Below are positions 45,348 to 54,122 of a DNA stretch of 64,000 nt, in pieces. The notes under the pieces are model-generated. The model ran no database searches. It saw only the letters and a list, made by a program, of their open reading frames with translations, and was not told the origin of the DNA. This stretch comes from Patescibacteria group bacterium (GTDB taxonomy: Bacteria > Patescibacteriota > Gracilibacteria > UBA1369 > PNNO01), in the NCBI GenBank assembly GCA_042568575.1, contig JBHPIO010000007.1, positions 275 to 64,274 on the forward strand. The letters are read 5' to 3'. Within the stretch, counting starts at the first letter, position 1; each line of letters begins with the position of its first letter. Both the position numbers and the translations under genes were made by a program.

Positions 45348-47547
45348 CCTTTTTAACTGATTGAACACCCGCGGTTCTTTCTATAGATGAAAGAATTTTT
45401 TCAAATTGGTTAAAATCTGATATTTCAACAAGTAATTCCCACAAGAAACTTCTTTGGGTTTCCTTTTTAATATAAAACTGCAAAATCGAACCTTTCGATT
45501 TCTCAATCTCCTTTGTTACATCACGCATAACATAAGTATTTGGTGCTGTTTCAACATATAAAGAAACCTGCCTCAGCATTTCATCTTCAAGCGTCCCAAC
45601 CCAGTGAGCATTAATATACCGATCTTCGTTACTCATCTTTAGAATTTTGCATCCTTTCTTATGGATACTTATCGCTCTACCACGAGTAACATATCCAGCA
45701 ATAGGCTGTCCGAAACCAGGCTTACAACACTGTGCACGTTTAACAGGAAGCCCTTTTTCTCCACCAGCTACAACATACTTCCCTATCTCGCTTTCTTTCT
45801 TTATATCAACAATTTTTGAAGGCGCAACTTTCTTAACTTTTTTCTTTCCGATAATTTCATCATACGAAAAAACTTTGCTAATAGCAGAGGATGGAAGCAT
45901 AGACCCATTCCCAACCTGCCTTACAAGTTCTTCACGCTCTTTATAGCTCAAAGCTTTTCCATCAATATTTCTAAAAAGTGACATTTTCGGATCCAGGATA
46001 GGCTTTCCAATTTGCGTAAGCTTAGCGTTAATCAATTCTCTTCCTTCTCTAAGATTGTCCTCTTTATCAAAACTTCGAAAATAACTCTTAATTTTCGTTC
46101 TCGCGCCGGAAGTTTTTGCAAAAGCCAACCACTCGAGCTTCGGTTCAACATTATTTCTAGTAAGAATTTCAATAACCTCACCGTTTTGAAGTTCATGATG
46201 AAGAGGAATAATAGATCCATTTGCTTTAGCCATCGTACATTTGTGTCCAACATCAGTATGAATTGCATAGGCGAAATCAATTGGAGTCGATCCTACAGGC
46301 AAATCGAGGACTTCTCCGTCTGGAGTAAAAACAAAAATCCGATCCTGAAAAAGATCTACTTTCAAATCATTTAAAACTTCCTCATCGTCCTCGTTTTCAA
46401 AATGTGAACTTACTTTTGTAAGATTTGTAATCCATTCCAGGTGTGCTTTTTGTCGATCCTGAGAATTCCCATTAGATTCCTTGTAAAGCCAGTGAGAAGC
46501 GATTCCATATTCAGCCTCTTCATGCATTTTGTCGGTACGCACCTGAATTTCAACAGGCTCCTTAACAGAATGAGGCGCTAGCCCAATCACGGTTGTATGC
46601 AAACTTCTGTAACCATTAGGTTTTGGAAATCCGATATAATCTTTAAAACGACCAGGCAAAGGCTTCCAATTCGTATGGATATGACCAATAAGACGATACA
46701 AATCATCTACTTTTTCCTTTCCACCTTTCTCAAATTTTGACGGAAGAATAATTCGAAGCGCAAAAATATCATGAATTTCATCAATAGATGTTTTTCCCTT
46801 TTTCTTTAATTTTTTGTAAATACTGTAAGTGTTCTTAAAACGTCCGGCAACACGGGCATCGTATCCGTTCTCCTTCAAATAATCCTCTGCTGCAAGGGTA
46901 ATATCGTCGACAACATTTTTTCGCTTTTTACCAAGAAGTTTTAATTGTTCCTGAATATTTTTATACTCACTGTTATTCAAATTTTTGAAACACAAATCTT
47001 CAAGCGTGGATCTAATATGATACACACCTAATCGTGATGCAATCGGCACATAAATTTCGAGAGTTTCACGCGCAATACGTTTTCTCTTTTCGGGTTTTAC
47101 ATATTCGAGCGTTTGCAAATTGTGAAGTCGATCCGCAAGTTTAATAAGTACAACTCTGAGATCTTTCGCCATCACAAGAAACATTTTTCGAAGCGTTTCA
47201 AGCTCTGCTCCTTTAACAGACGACCTTACGGTTCCAATTCTTTCAAATGCCGAAACAAGCAAACTTACATTTTTTCCGAATTTTTTCTCGATATCTTTAA
47301 TTTTAAAATCCGTATATTGAGGAACTTCATGAAGAAGAGCTGCAATTAAAGTTTCTTCATCAACTTTTAAAGTTGAAAGAATTTTTGCAGTTTCAAGAGT
47401 ATGACTAATAACGGGATCACCCGAAAAACGACTGTGCCCTTCGTACGCTTCATTTGCAAAAGCAAAAGCTGTTGCCAGATTTTGCTCTGATATTGAAGAG
47501 TTGTAGTCCTTAACCCGCTTTAAGAAATTACTGAATTCGCGCTGCAT
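45340..47547 (-). CDS. RelA/SpoT homologue (long RSH, (p)ppGpp synthetase; hydrolase site looks degenerate)
   Basis: Synthetase motifs GRFKNTYSIYKKL, RFKDYIGFPKPNGYRSLHTTV and EIQVRTDKMHEEAEYG. TGS and ACT-like C-terminal domains. The HD region reads LLHEVPQYTD rather than LHDV(V/I)EDT. Confidence 0.9.
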   Translation of the reverse strand: MQREFSNFLKRVKDYNSSISEQNLATAFAFANEAYEGHSRFSGDPVISHTLETAKILSTLKVDEETLIAALLHEVPQYTDFKIKDIEKKFGKNVSLLVSAFERIGTVRSSVKGAELETLRKMFLVMAKDLRVVLIKLADRLHNLQTLEYVKPEKRKRIARETLEIYVPIASRLGVYHIRSTLEDLCFKNLNNSEYKNIQEQLKLLGKKRKNVVDDITLAAEDYLKENGYDARVAGRFKNTYSIYKKLKKKGKTSIDEIHDIFALRIILPSKFEKGGKEKVDDLYRLIGHIHTNWKPLPGRFKDYIGFPKPNGYRSLHTTVIGLAPHSVKEPVEIQVRTDKMHEEAEYGIASHWLYKESNGNSQDRQKAHLEWITNLTKVSSHFENEDDEEVLNDLKVDLFQDRIFVFTPDGEVLDLPVGSTPIDFAYAIHTDVGHKCTMAKANGSIIPLHHELQNGEVIEILTRNNVEPKLEWLAFAKTSGARTKIKSYFRSFDKEDNLREGRELINAKLTQIGKPILDPKMSLFRNIDGKALSYKEREELVRQVGNGSMLPSSAISKVFSYDEIIGKKKVKKVAPSKIVDIKKESEIGKYVVAGGEKGLPVKRAQCCKPGFGQPIAGYVTRGRAISIHKKGCKILKMSNEDRYINAHWVGTLEDEMLRQVSLYVETAPNTYVMRDVTKEIEKSKGSILQFYIKKETQRSFLWELLVEISDFNQFEKILSSIERTAGVQSVKKVT

Positions 47548-47600
47548 TGCTTCCTTTGCTTATTTGACTAGAGTGTTAATTATATGTCAAAGAAACCCTT

Positions 47601-47681
47601 GAGTAAAGAATAGAAATAACCCCGGGGCGCTCAACTGGTATAGGTAGGATGGACGTGGAGTCCGCCAGTTGCGCCCCGGGG
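47601..47681 (-). terminator. strong GC-rich hairpin terminator of the small GC-rich gene
   Basis: Arms 47620-47638 and 47665-47681 (ccccggggcgc[tc]aactgg / ccagttgcgccccgggg), about 17 bp with a 2-nt bulge. On the minus strand it is followed by TTATTTCTATTCTTT. Confidence 0.7.
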
Positions 47682-47703
47682 TGGAGGGATGTGTGTGGGA
47701 AGG

Positions 47704-47919
47704 TCAGAAGTGGAAGGGAGAGATGAAGAAGTGAGTGATCAGCAGTACTCCAGCGGCGAGTACAAAGCCGATGACCATGGTGACCATGTCCTGCTTCTCC
47801 TTCGAAGGAATCACCTTGTAGAGACTCCAAGAGAAAAGCCCGGTCAGCACTGCAGCGGCCAACGCGAGGAGAGGCAAAGCTATCAGTGGCGATAACTTTG
47901 CAAGAATCAAACTCGTCAT
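47704..47919 (-). CDS. small two-TM hydrophobic protein (71 aa) in a GC-rich island
   Basis: MTSLILAKLSPLIALPLLALAAAVLTGLFSWSLYKVIPSKEKQDMVTMVIGFVLAAGVLLITHFFISPFHF: two clean hydrophobic helices split by a charged loop. The alternative GTG start at 48003 gives 99 aa. Confidence 0.6.
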   Translation of the reverse strand: MTSLILAKLSPLIALPLLALAAAVLTGLFSWSLYKVIPSKEKQDMVTMVIGFVLAAGVLLITHFFISPFHF

Positions 47920-47951
47920 TCTAGAAACCCATCCTTTCTTTGCATACTTTC

Positions 47952-47973
47952 CACACTCCCAGTTGAGAGTGTG
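47952..47973 (-). other. 5' leader hairpin of the small gene
   Basis: 7-bp stem cacactc/gagtgtg with an 8-nt loop, between the promoter and the ATG at 47919. Confidence 0.45.
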
Positions 47974-48012
47974 CCGGATTGTCAAACAACCAACATACTT
48001 CACGATGGGCTA

Positions 48013-48040
48013 ATTATAGTTCGTTCCTAGGATTTGTCAA
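48013..48040 (-). promoter_or_regulatory. consensus sigma70 promoter (minus strand)
   Basis: The minus strand reads TTGACA (48040-48035), a 16-nt spacer, then TATAAT (48018-48013). Both hexamers are perfect consensus. Confidence 0.7.
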
Positions 48041-48065
48041 TCTCCTCCCGGGTGGAATCTAAAAA

Positions 48066-49880
48066 TTAAATCTCCTCTTCATGGATAATCAAATCCAACG
48101 TTGAGCCTCTAATATCAACAACTTTCACTCCTTTAATTAAAGCTGGCTTATTATATTCTACATCTTTTATACGCGCTTCCATGTTTGCTGTTGCTATTTC
48201 AAACATACCAACCAATTTAGCTAAACTGTTATACTCAGCCTTTAAATCGATCTGTTCTTGTGAAACGTTAATAAATTCATTTAATAATGTATTGGATTTA
48301 GAACTTTCAAGCTTTTCCATCGCAGTAAAGAAATCATCCTCATACTGCTCTTTTAAAGTCGTAACCTCATTAAATTGAACCTTTAGCGCATCTTTTCTCA
48401 CGTTAATTTCATGCATAGTCGAAATTGCCTCATCTTGCGCATCGTTAAGTTCATCCAAATGAAACTCAAGTGCCTTTTGTCTATTTGAAGAATTATCTAG
48501 TAATTGATGAATATCCGTTGAGAAAGTATTTTGAAGTTTTGCTAGAGCCTGCATGTATGTAGCAATTCGATCTGCTTTATCTTCAGGAGTTTCCGGAAGC
48601 CCAACGCTAAATACAGACTGAATTCCCGAAGAAATTCTTTTGATTTGCGGGATATCTTCGCCGGTAACAAAAATTGTCTGGATACCTTCTTCAAATTTTT
48701 CCAAAGAAGTTCCTTTGTTTGATCCTGCTACAAAAAGCGTAATCAAACCATCGGTGTATTCACCCGAAGGCTGCGTAACTTCGCCTGTATCCCCAACTGG
48801 TTGAGTAACTTCTGTCTGATCACCTCCATAAATAAAATCAACAACACCTCCATAAATCAATTGTGGAACCTTGAAAAGAAAAATCGCTAAAAGAATACCT
48901 ATAACAAGACAACCACGAATAACGTATTTAATAATAATTCCAATTACTTCTTTTCTTTCAGCATCATCATCCGCGAGTGTTTCAGTCGGCGCAACTGGAG
49001 ATGCTGGCTCTGGTTCTATTGTTTCTGGTTCAATTATCTCTTCAGGAATCTCTGCTGGTGCCTCTTCTACTACTTTTTCTTCTGATTCTGGTTCCTGCGG
49101 AGCTTCTTCGACAGGTGCAGGAATAGGCACAGGAATTGGAGTAACTGAGTCTCCCGTATCATCATAATCTTTTTTAATTGCGTCTTTCAACTGATTCCAT
49201 CCAACTGGTCCCGCCGGTTTTTCTTCCATATGAAATGGCGATGGTTCATTTGGTTTTGGTCCTCCTTTCGGCTCTGGTTCAGCAGGCACTGGTGTTGGCT
49301 CCGAAACTGGTTCCGACGTAGGTGATTCTGGCACAACAGGTGCTTCTGGAGGAGGCGGAACACCTAAAAGCTCATCATCTGTAAGTTCCTCTTCAACAGG
49401 TTCTGGTTCTGCTACCGGTGGTTCTGGCGCAGAAGGTAAAACTTCCTCTTCTGGCTCTGCTACCGGTGGTTCCTCTGGCGCTTCAATATCAAAAGTTTCC
49501 GGCTCAACTGGAGCCATGGGTTCTTCAGGAGCTGAAACTGGAGCAGGAGCAGGCATCGGTTCAGTTTTTGTAGACTCTTCTGGTTCTCCTAAAACTAAAT
49601 CTTCAAGACTTTTCGATTCTTCCTCAATCTTTTCTGGTTTTGGCTGAGCAGGCTGCTCGACAGACTTTGGTACAACCTGTTTTTGAGACTGCTGCTGCCC
49701 TTGCTGCGATGATTGCCCAGTCGTTGGCTTCTTCTTTTTCCTTCTTCGACGTTTTTTCTTTGGAGGCTGAGAAGTTTGCCCACCTTGAACACTGCCAGTT
49801 TTTTGCTGCGGATTTCCACCCTGCGGCTTAGCTGGTTTAGTATTATCGTCCTGTTTCTGTGCACCTTGATCTTCAGCCAT
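48066..49880 (-). CDS. hypothetical membrane protein with a polybasic/PE-rich disordered N-region and a coiled-coil C-domain
   Basis: 604 aa. Q/G/P-rich start with KKKRRRRKKKK, about 250 aa of P/E/A/V-rich low complexity, one TM (IRGCLVIGILLAIFLF), then a helical C-terminal domain. Confidence 0.7.
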   Translation of the reverse strand: MAEDQGAQKQDDNTKPAKPQGGNPQQKTGSVQGGQTSQPPKKKRRRRKKKKPTTGQSSQQGQQQSQKQVVPKSVEQPAQPKPEKIEEESKSLEDLVLGEPEESTKTEPMPAPAPVSAPEEPMAPVEPETFDIEAPEEPPVAEPEEEVLPSAPEPPVAEPEPVEEELTDDELLGVPPPPEAPVVPESPTSEPVSEPTPVPAEPEPKGGPKPNEPSPFHMEEKPAGPVGWNQLKDAIKKDYDDTGDSVTPIPVPIPAPVEEAPQEPESEEKVVEEAPAEIPEEIIEPETIEPEPASPVAPTETLADDDAERKEVIGIIIKYVIRGCLVIGILLAIFLFKVPQLIYGGVVDFIYGGDQTEVTQPVGDTGEVTQPSGEYTDGLITLFVAGSNKGTSLEKFEEGIQTIFVTGEDIPQIKRISSGIQSVFSVGLPETPEDKADRIATYMQALAKLQNTFSTDIHQLLDNSSNRQKALEFHLDELNDAQDEAISTMHEINVRKDALKVQFNEVTTLKEQYEDDFFTAMEKLESSKSNTLLNEFINVSQEQIDLKAEYNSLAKLVGMFEIATANMEARIKDVEYNKPALIKGVKVVDIRGSTLDLIIHEEEI

Positions 49881-49964
49881 TATTAAGATTCGTCAAACGT
49901 AATAATTCTCTAAATTATAGCATAAAAACACGCATTTTGGAACCTTATATGCCTGAAATAACTA

Positions 49965-50612
49965 TTAAAATCCGTACAGACCACTTTCAAACATATATGA
50001 TGGCCAGAATCCGAAAATCATATTAAGAACCCACATTAGAACTCCAATTACAAGAATTGAAATAATAATAGTAAATACAGTATGAGTAGGATTCATCTTC
50101 TTAACTGTAGCTAAAGCTTTATAACTAATCACTAAGTACCAAAGGCCCACAAGCCCTCCAACAACAGGAATTATTGAAGCAACTATTATCAGACTTCCAT
50201 ATCCAAGCACTCTAAACAACTCTCCGTACTTCCCTTTTCCTTTAAAGAACTGGCTCGCAACAAAATCATAAACAAATACCATCACAACGTATCCAACAAA
50301 AGTTACCAACGCTGAGATCAAAACACTTCCCAGAGGGAATCCGAATCTAATCCACGGCAAATACATCCCTAGACTTGACCCAATAGCAGCAAGAATAAAG
50401 AACAAAAGCGCTGCTGTGGCAGTTGTTTTTCGCATAGATACATCGTGCATCTTTTTAGTATCGAGCTTGATGATCGCCCAAGCATTTTCCACTTCTTTCT
50501 TTAGATCAAACTTCCCAGGATTGTTCATTCCTTTAAATGTATCAACCGCGTCATTAAAATGGGTTTTCAGTTCGTCCTGCATATCGTCATGTTTCTTGTG
50601 ATGTGAGTCCAT
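49965..50612 (-). CDS. Yip1-domain-like membrane protein
   Basis: 215 aa with a soluble N-region then 4-5 TM helices, in the arrangement of the YIP1 family. Confidence 0.55.
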   Translation of the reverse strand: MDSHHKKHDDMQDELKTHFNDAVDTFKGMNNPGKFDLKKEVENAWAIIKLDTKKMHDVSMRKTTATAALLFFILAAIGSSLGMYLPWIRFGFPLGSVLISALVTFVGYVVMVFVYDFVASQFFKGKGKYGELFRVLGYGSLIIVASIIPVVGGLVGLWYLVISYKALATVKKMNPTHTVFTIIISILVIGVLMWVLNMIFGFWPSYMFESGLYGF

Positions 50613-50681
50613 ATTATTAGTTTTAAGAATAGTGCTGAACGCATTTTACTAGAAAAAAAATTTAGGCACTAGAGTTAACTA

Positions 50682-50710
50682 TTGACTGATTGGGCTAAAA
50701 GTGCTCTAAT
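50682..50710 (+). promoter_or_regulatory. candidate promoter for the 50815 gene
   Basis: TTGACT (50682-50687), 17-nt spacer, TCTAAT (50705-50710). Predicts a structured leader of about 100 nt. Confidence 0.4.
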
Positions 50711-50814
50711 TCAACCAGGTTTCATGTCATGGCCTTATAAGACTTTTAGGCATGTGAACATGTCCTTTAAATTATAGGCCGGAACAAAAGGTTTTCAACA
50801 AGGGAGAAAAGATA

Positions 50815-51432
50815 ATGGATAAATCGCAAGAAGAGAAAAATGGTCGTAGTTTGAAATCGCGTGGAGTGAGATTCGCCACTTGGCTGGGTAATGTCACAAG
50901 TACAAAAAGACGCTCAGGCAAAATTATCTCCGGAATCTTCATCGCTATTATAGCAGGACTTACCTGCTACCTTTTTTGGTCGCAACGTTATATCAAAGGA
51001 GAAATCTCCAGCTTTCGCAAGACAGTTGAAAGCAAAAAAATACTAAGCACAATCAGAAAGGAGTGCAAAAAAAATCCGGATCTGGGTGCTTACAATAAGT
51101 GCTTAAACAGCAAACTTACCGCATCAGTTGATCTACATGCGTCAAAACTGTATGCGAAGTTAAAAAGCATATGCTCCTACAATAAGGTCAAGAAATTCCC
51201 CTATTGTGTACAAAGTTCTCTTCGCAAATTTGCGTGGGATAGCAAAGATCTAGTGCTCAAACTGATCGCGATGAGGGTCATCGACAAGCTCGAAGACCCA
51301 CCCAAAGACCTCAAAGATGACGCGGACAAGTACTACGGCGACGCCGTAAAGCTCGAAAGAAAAGGCCGCCTCGTCTTCATCACGCCAGTCTGCCCGTGCA
51401 AGTCAAAACCCTCAAAAAAACCTACCCCATAG
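50815..51432 (+). CDS. hypothetical Cys-rich type-II membrane protein, compositionally atypical
   Basis: 205 aa. GGGAG Shine-Dalgarno about 10 nt upstream, one TM (IISGIFIAIIAGLTCYLFW) and 7 Cys in the ectodomain. The 3' 170 nt are about 52% GC. Confidence 0.6.
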   Translation: MDKSQEEKNGRSLKSRGVRFATWLGNVTSTKRRSGKIISGIFIAIIAGLTCYLFWSQRYIKGEISSFRKTVESKKILSTIRKECKKNPDLGAYNKCLNSKLTASVDLHASKLYAKLKSICSYNKVKKFPYCVQSSLRKFAWDSKDLVLKLIAMRVIDKLEDPPKDLKDDADKYYGDAVKLERKGRLVFITPVCPCKSKPSKKPTP

Positions 51433-51605
51433 GCATTCCGACCTATTTTCCCCCTCAAGTCGTCAAAACAAAACGAAATTTGCCAACAAATCTCTAAAGA
51501 AGGCAAATCTTTATTAGGACTCTCCCTTCACTTTTTGCGCTTCTACAGCTAGAATCTTACAGGTCATGTTTTTTTATATATATTATTTACCTAACATCAT
51601 TTCAC

Positions 51606-53687
51606 ATGGATTTCTTCGATGTGCCAGTGATCTCTATCATCGTGAGTATAATCGCTCTTATGTATGCGGTTGGGCTAATCATTCACGTTGTACTAAAGGA
51701 TAGTGGATCTCAAAAAATGCAATCTATTGCAAAATCTATTCAAGAAGGTGCTTCCGCATACCTTCACAGACAGACATTAACTGTACTCTTCTTCGCGATT
51801 CTGGTTTTTCTAGTTCTCGCATACACAATCCCACAAGGAGATTACAATAATGGTCTTTTAATTGCTGTCGGATTCTTTGTTGGTGCTGTATTTTCGGCAC
51901 TTGCAGGATATATCGGTATGAGCGTTTCTGTTCGTGCTAATGTCCGAACTGCTCAAGCTGCAAAAACAAGTCTAAGTAAAGCATTGGATGTTGCTTTCCG
52001 TGGAGGAGCCGTAACAGGACTTGCTGTTGTAGGTCTTGCGCTTCTTGGTGTAGCAGGATTCTATTTTGTTTTCACAAGATTACTTGAAATCCCAGCTGGT
52101 GAAGTTCCAAACCTTCTTATTGGATTCGCTTTTGGTGCGTCATTAATCTCACTCTTCGCTCGTGTTGGAGGAGGAATTTACACAAAAGCTGCTGACGTAG
52201 GAGCTGACATCGTAGGAAAAATTGAAAAAGGAATACCTGAAGACGATCCAAGAAACCCTGCAGTAATCGCTGATAACGTTGGTGACAACGTTGGTGATTG
52301 TGCGGGAATGGGAGCTGATCTTTTTGAAACTTATGCAGTTACATTGATTGCTGCGATGATTCTTGCATCTTCAACATTAACAACTACACTTGGAATTTCT
52401 GGAATTGAATATCCAATGGCTTTAGGTGCAATTGCTGTTCTTGCTTCAATTGTTGGAACTTGGTTCGTAAAACTTGGAAAGAGAAAGAAGAATATTATGG
52501 GAGCTCTATACAGAGGAATGCTTGTAACAGGAATTCTTTCTGCTATCGGATTCTATTTTGTTACTGAATATATGATCGGTGATATTTATGTTTTCCTTTC
52601 AGCAGTTGTTGGTCTTTTTGTTACAGTGTTCATCACTTTAATTACAGAATATTACACTTCAACTAAATATAGCCCTGTTAAAAAGATTGCTAAAGCTTCT
52701 GAAACAGGAGCAGGAACAAACGTAATTGCAGGACTTGCTGTAGGACTTGAAAGTACATTCCTTCCAGTTATCTTAATTGTTACTGCAATTATCGTTGCAT
52801 ACTTCTTCGGAGAAGCTTCTTCAGCTGAAAATGGTATCTACGGTATAGCAATCGCTGCAGTGGCAATGTTATCAACTACAGGACTTGTTATCGCTACTGA
52901 TTCATACGGTCCAATTACAGACAACGCAGGAGGAATCGCTGAAATGGCAAACCTTCCTGAAAAAGTTCGAAAAAATACAGATGCACTTGATGCAGTTGGA
53001 AACACAACAAAAGCTGTTACAAAAGGTTATGCTATTAGTTCTGCTGCACTTGCAGCACTTGTTCTTTTCCAGGCATATACAGAAGAACTAGCGAAAAGCA
53101 GTAGTGAAGAATTTGTATTTAGCATCGCGGATTACAGAGTATTAATCGGATTATTTATTGGAGGACTTTTACCATTCCTATTCTCGGCTTCATTAATGGA
53201 ATCAGTAGGAAAAGCTGCTCATAAAGTTGTAGTAGAGGTACGAAGACAATTCAAACAAATTAAAGGAATTATGACTGGGAAATCTCAACCAGATTATGGT
53301 CGATGCGTAGATATCGTAACCAAAGCAGCTCTTAAAGAGATGGTATTCCCTGGATTACTTGCTGTAGTATCACCAATTTTAGTCGGTGTATTCCTAGGAC
53401 CTCTAGCACTTGGAGGATTACTTGCAGGTGTAATTGTGGTTGGATTCCTAATGGCTCTTAACATGTCTACTGGTGGTGGAGCTTGGGACAACGCAAAAAA
53501 ATATATCGAAGACGGACACTTTGGAGGAAAAGGATCTGAAGCTCACAAAGCTGCAGTAGTTGGAGACACTGTTGGTGATCCATACAAAGATACTGCAGGT
53601 CCAGCGTTAAACGCGCTAATTAAAGTTATTAACACAATTGCTTTGATTATCGCACCACTTATTGCCGGGTTGGTAATATGGGGATAA
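51606..53687 (+). CDS. hppA: membrane-bound proton-translocating pyrophosphatase (K+-independent signature)
   Basis: 693 aa, about 16 TM helices. Motifs [43 protein letters not shown] and [12 protein letters not shown]. Confidence 0.95.
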   Translation: MDFFDVPVISIIVSIIALMYAVGLIIHVVLKDSGSQKMQSIAKSIQEGASAYLHRQTLTVLFFAILVFLVLAYTIPQGDYNNGLLIAVGFFVGAVFSALAGYIGMSVSVRANVRTAQAAKTSLSKALDVAFRGGAVTGLAVVGLALLGVAGFYFVFTRLLEIPAGEVPNLLIGFAFGASLISLFARVGGGIYTKAADVGADIVGKIEKGIPEDDPRNPAVIADNVGDNVGDCAGMGADLFETYAVTLIAAMILASSTLTTTLGISGIEYPMALGAIAVLASIVGTWFVKLGKRKKNIMGALYRGMLVTGILSAIGFYFVTEYMIGDIYVFLSAVVGLFVTVFITLITEYYTSTKYSPVKKIAKASETGAGTNVIAGLAVGLESTFLPVILIVTAIIVAYFFGEASSAENGIYGIAIAAVAMLSTTGLVIATDSYGPITDNAGGIAEMANLPEKVRKNTDALDAVGNTTKAVTKGYAISSAALAALVLFQAYTEELAKSSSEEFVFSIADYRVLIGLFIGGLLPFLFSASLMESVGKAAHKVVVEVRRQFKQIKGIMTGKSQPDYGRCVDIVTKAALKEMVFPGLLAVVSPILVGVFLGPLALGGLLAGVIVVGFLMALNMSTGGGAWDNAKKYIEDGHFGGKGSEAHKAAVVGDTVGDPYKDTAGPALNALIKVINTIALIIAPLIAGLVIWG

Positions 53688-53755
53688 CAGTTGCGACGGA
53701 GGAGCAACCTTCTTCAAAAAAACTTAAGCACAAACCAAATTTTGTTCGCAAAGAT

Positions 53756-53782
53756 GAGGGGGCTATAAAGTCCCCTCTTTTT
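53756..53782 (+). terminator. candidate rho-independent terminator after hppA
   Basis: 6-bp GC stem gagggg/cccctc with a 10-nt loop, followed by TTTTT. Confidence 0.5.
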
Positions 53783-53843
53783 CAACTTAAAAAAACACAA
53801 AAATATTGCCTGCATTTTTCCAAAGGGATAACATGAAGACAAT

Positions 53844-54122
53844 ATGAATGAAGCTAATTTTAAAAACAAATTACCCGCAACTCTTCAATCAATTGAAGGA
53901 GATTATGCTTACTTTAAATTTCAGGAAGAAACAGAAGTTGATGAGCCTAACTTTAAATGGCCCATTAAAAGGCTACCGGAAGGCTTGGAAATAGGAGATC
54001 AAATAGATGTCCAACTTGTTTTCGAAATGGCAGAAGATCGCAAAGCAGAACTAATGAAAAGAGAAGAAATGGAAACCGAATACAGCGAAAAACGAAAGCT
54101 TTTAGAAGAGCTTGTGAATTAA
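53844..54122 (+). CDS. hypothetical small protein (DUF3006-like)
   Basis: 92 aa. IEGDYAYFKF....LPEGLEIGDQIDV resembles the DUF3006 pattern. Weak call. Confidence 0.45.
   Translation: MNEANFKNKLPATLQSIEGDYAYFKFQEETEVDEPNFKWPIKRLPEGLEIGDQIDVQLVFEMAEDRKAELMKREEMETEYSEKRKLLEELVN

Noticed and set aside
47576-47895. Alternative ORFs in the island: 47576-47830 (minus strand, 84 aa) and 47689-47895 (plus strand, 68 aa).
   Set aside because: The first runs straight through the terminator hairpin. The second is antisense, with a charged low-complexity product. Both are expected by-products of high GC, and the two-TM frame is far more protein-like.
47601-48040. GC-rich island as a structured RNA gene (RNase P RNA, tmRNA, SRP RNA or 6S). 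GC-rich islands in AT-rich genomes are often RNAs, and the predicted transcript is about 400 nt.
   Set aside because: I looked on both strands for the diagnostic motifs. For RNase P these were GAGGAAAGUCCGGGC, GGGUGAAA, GGUAAGAGC and ACAGAACCCGGCUUA. For tmRNA they were GGGG..UUCGAC at the 5' end and a T-arm plus CCACCA at the 3' end. For SRP it was the GGAA-capped domain IV. I found only a 12-of-15 chance-level match (gagaaaagcccggtc). The minus-strand ORF gives two textbook TM helices. A covariance-model scan would settle it.
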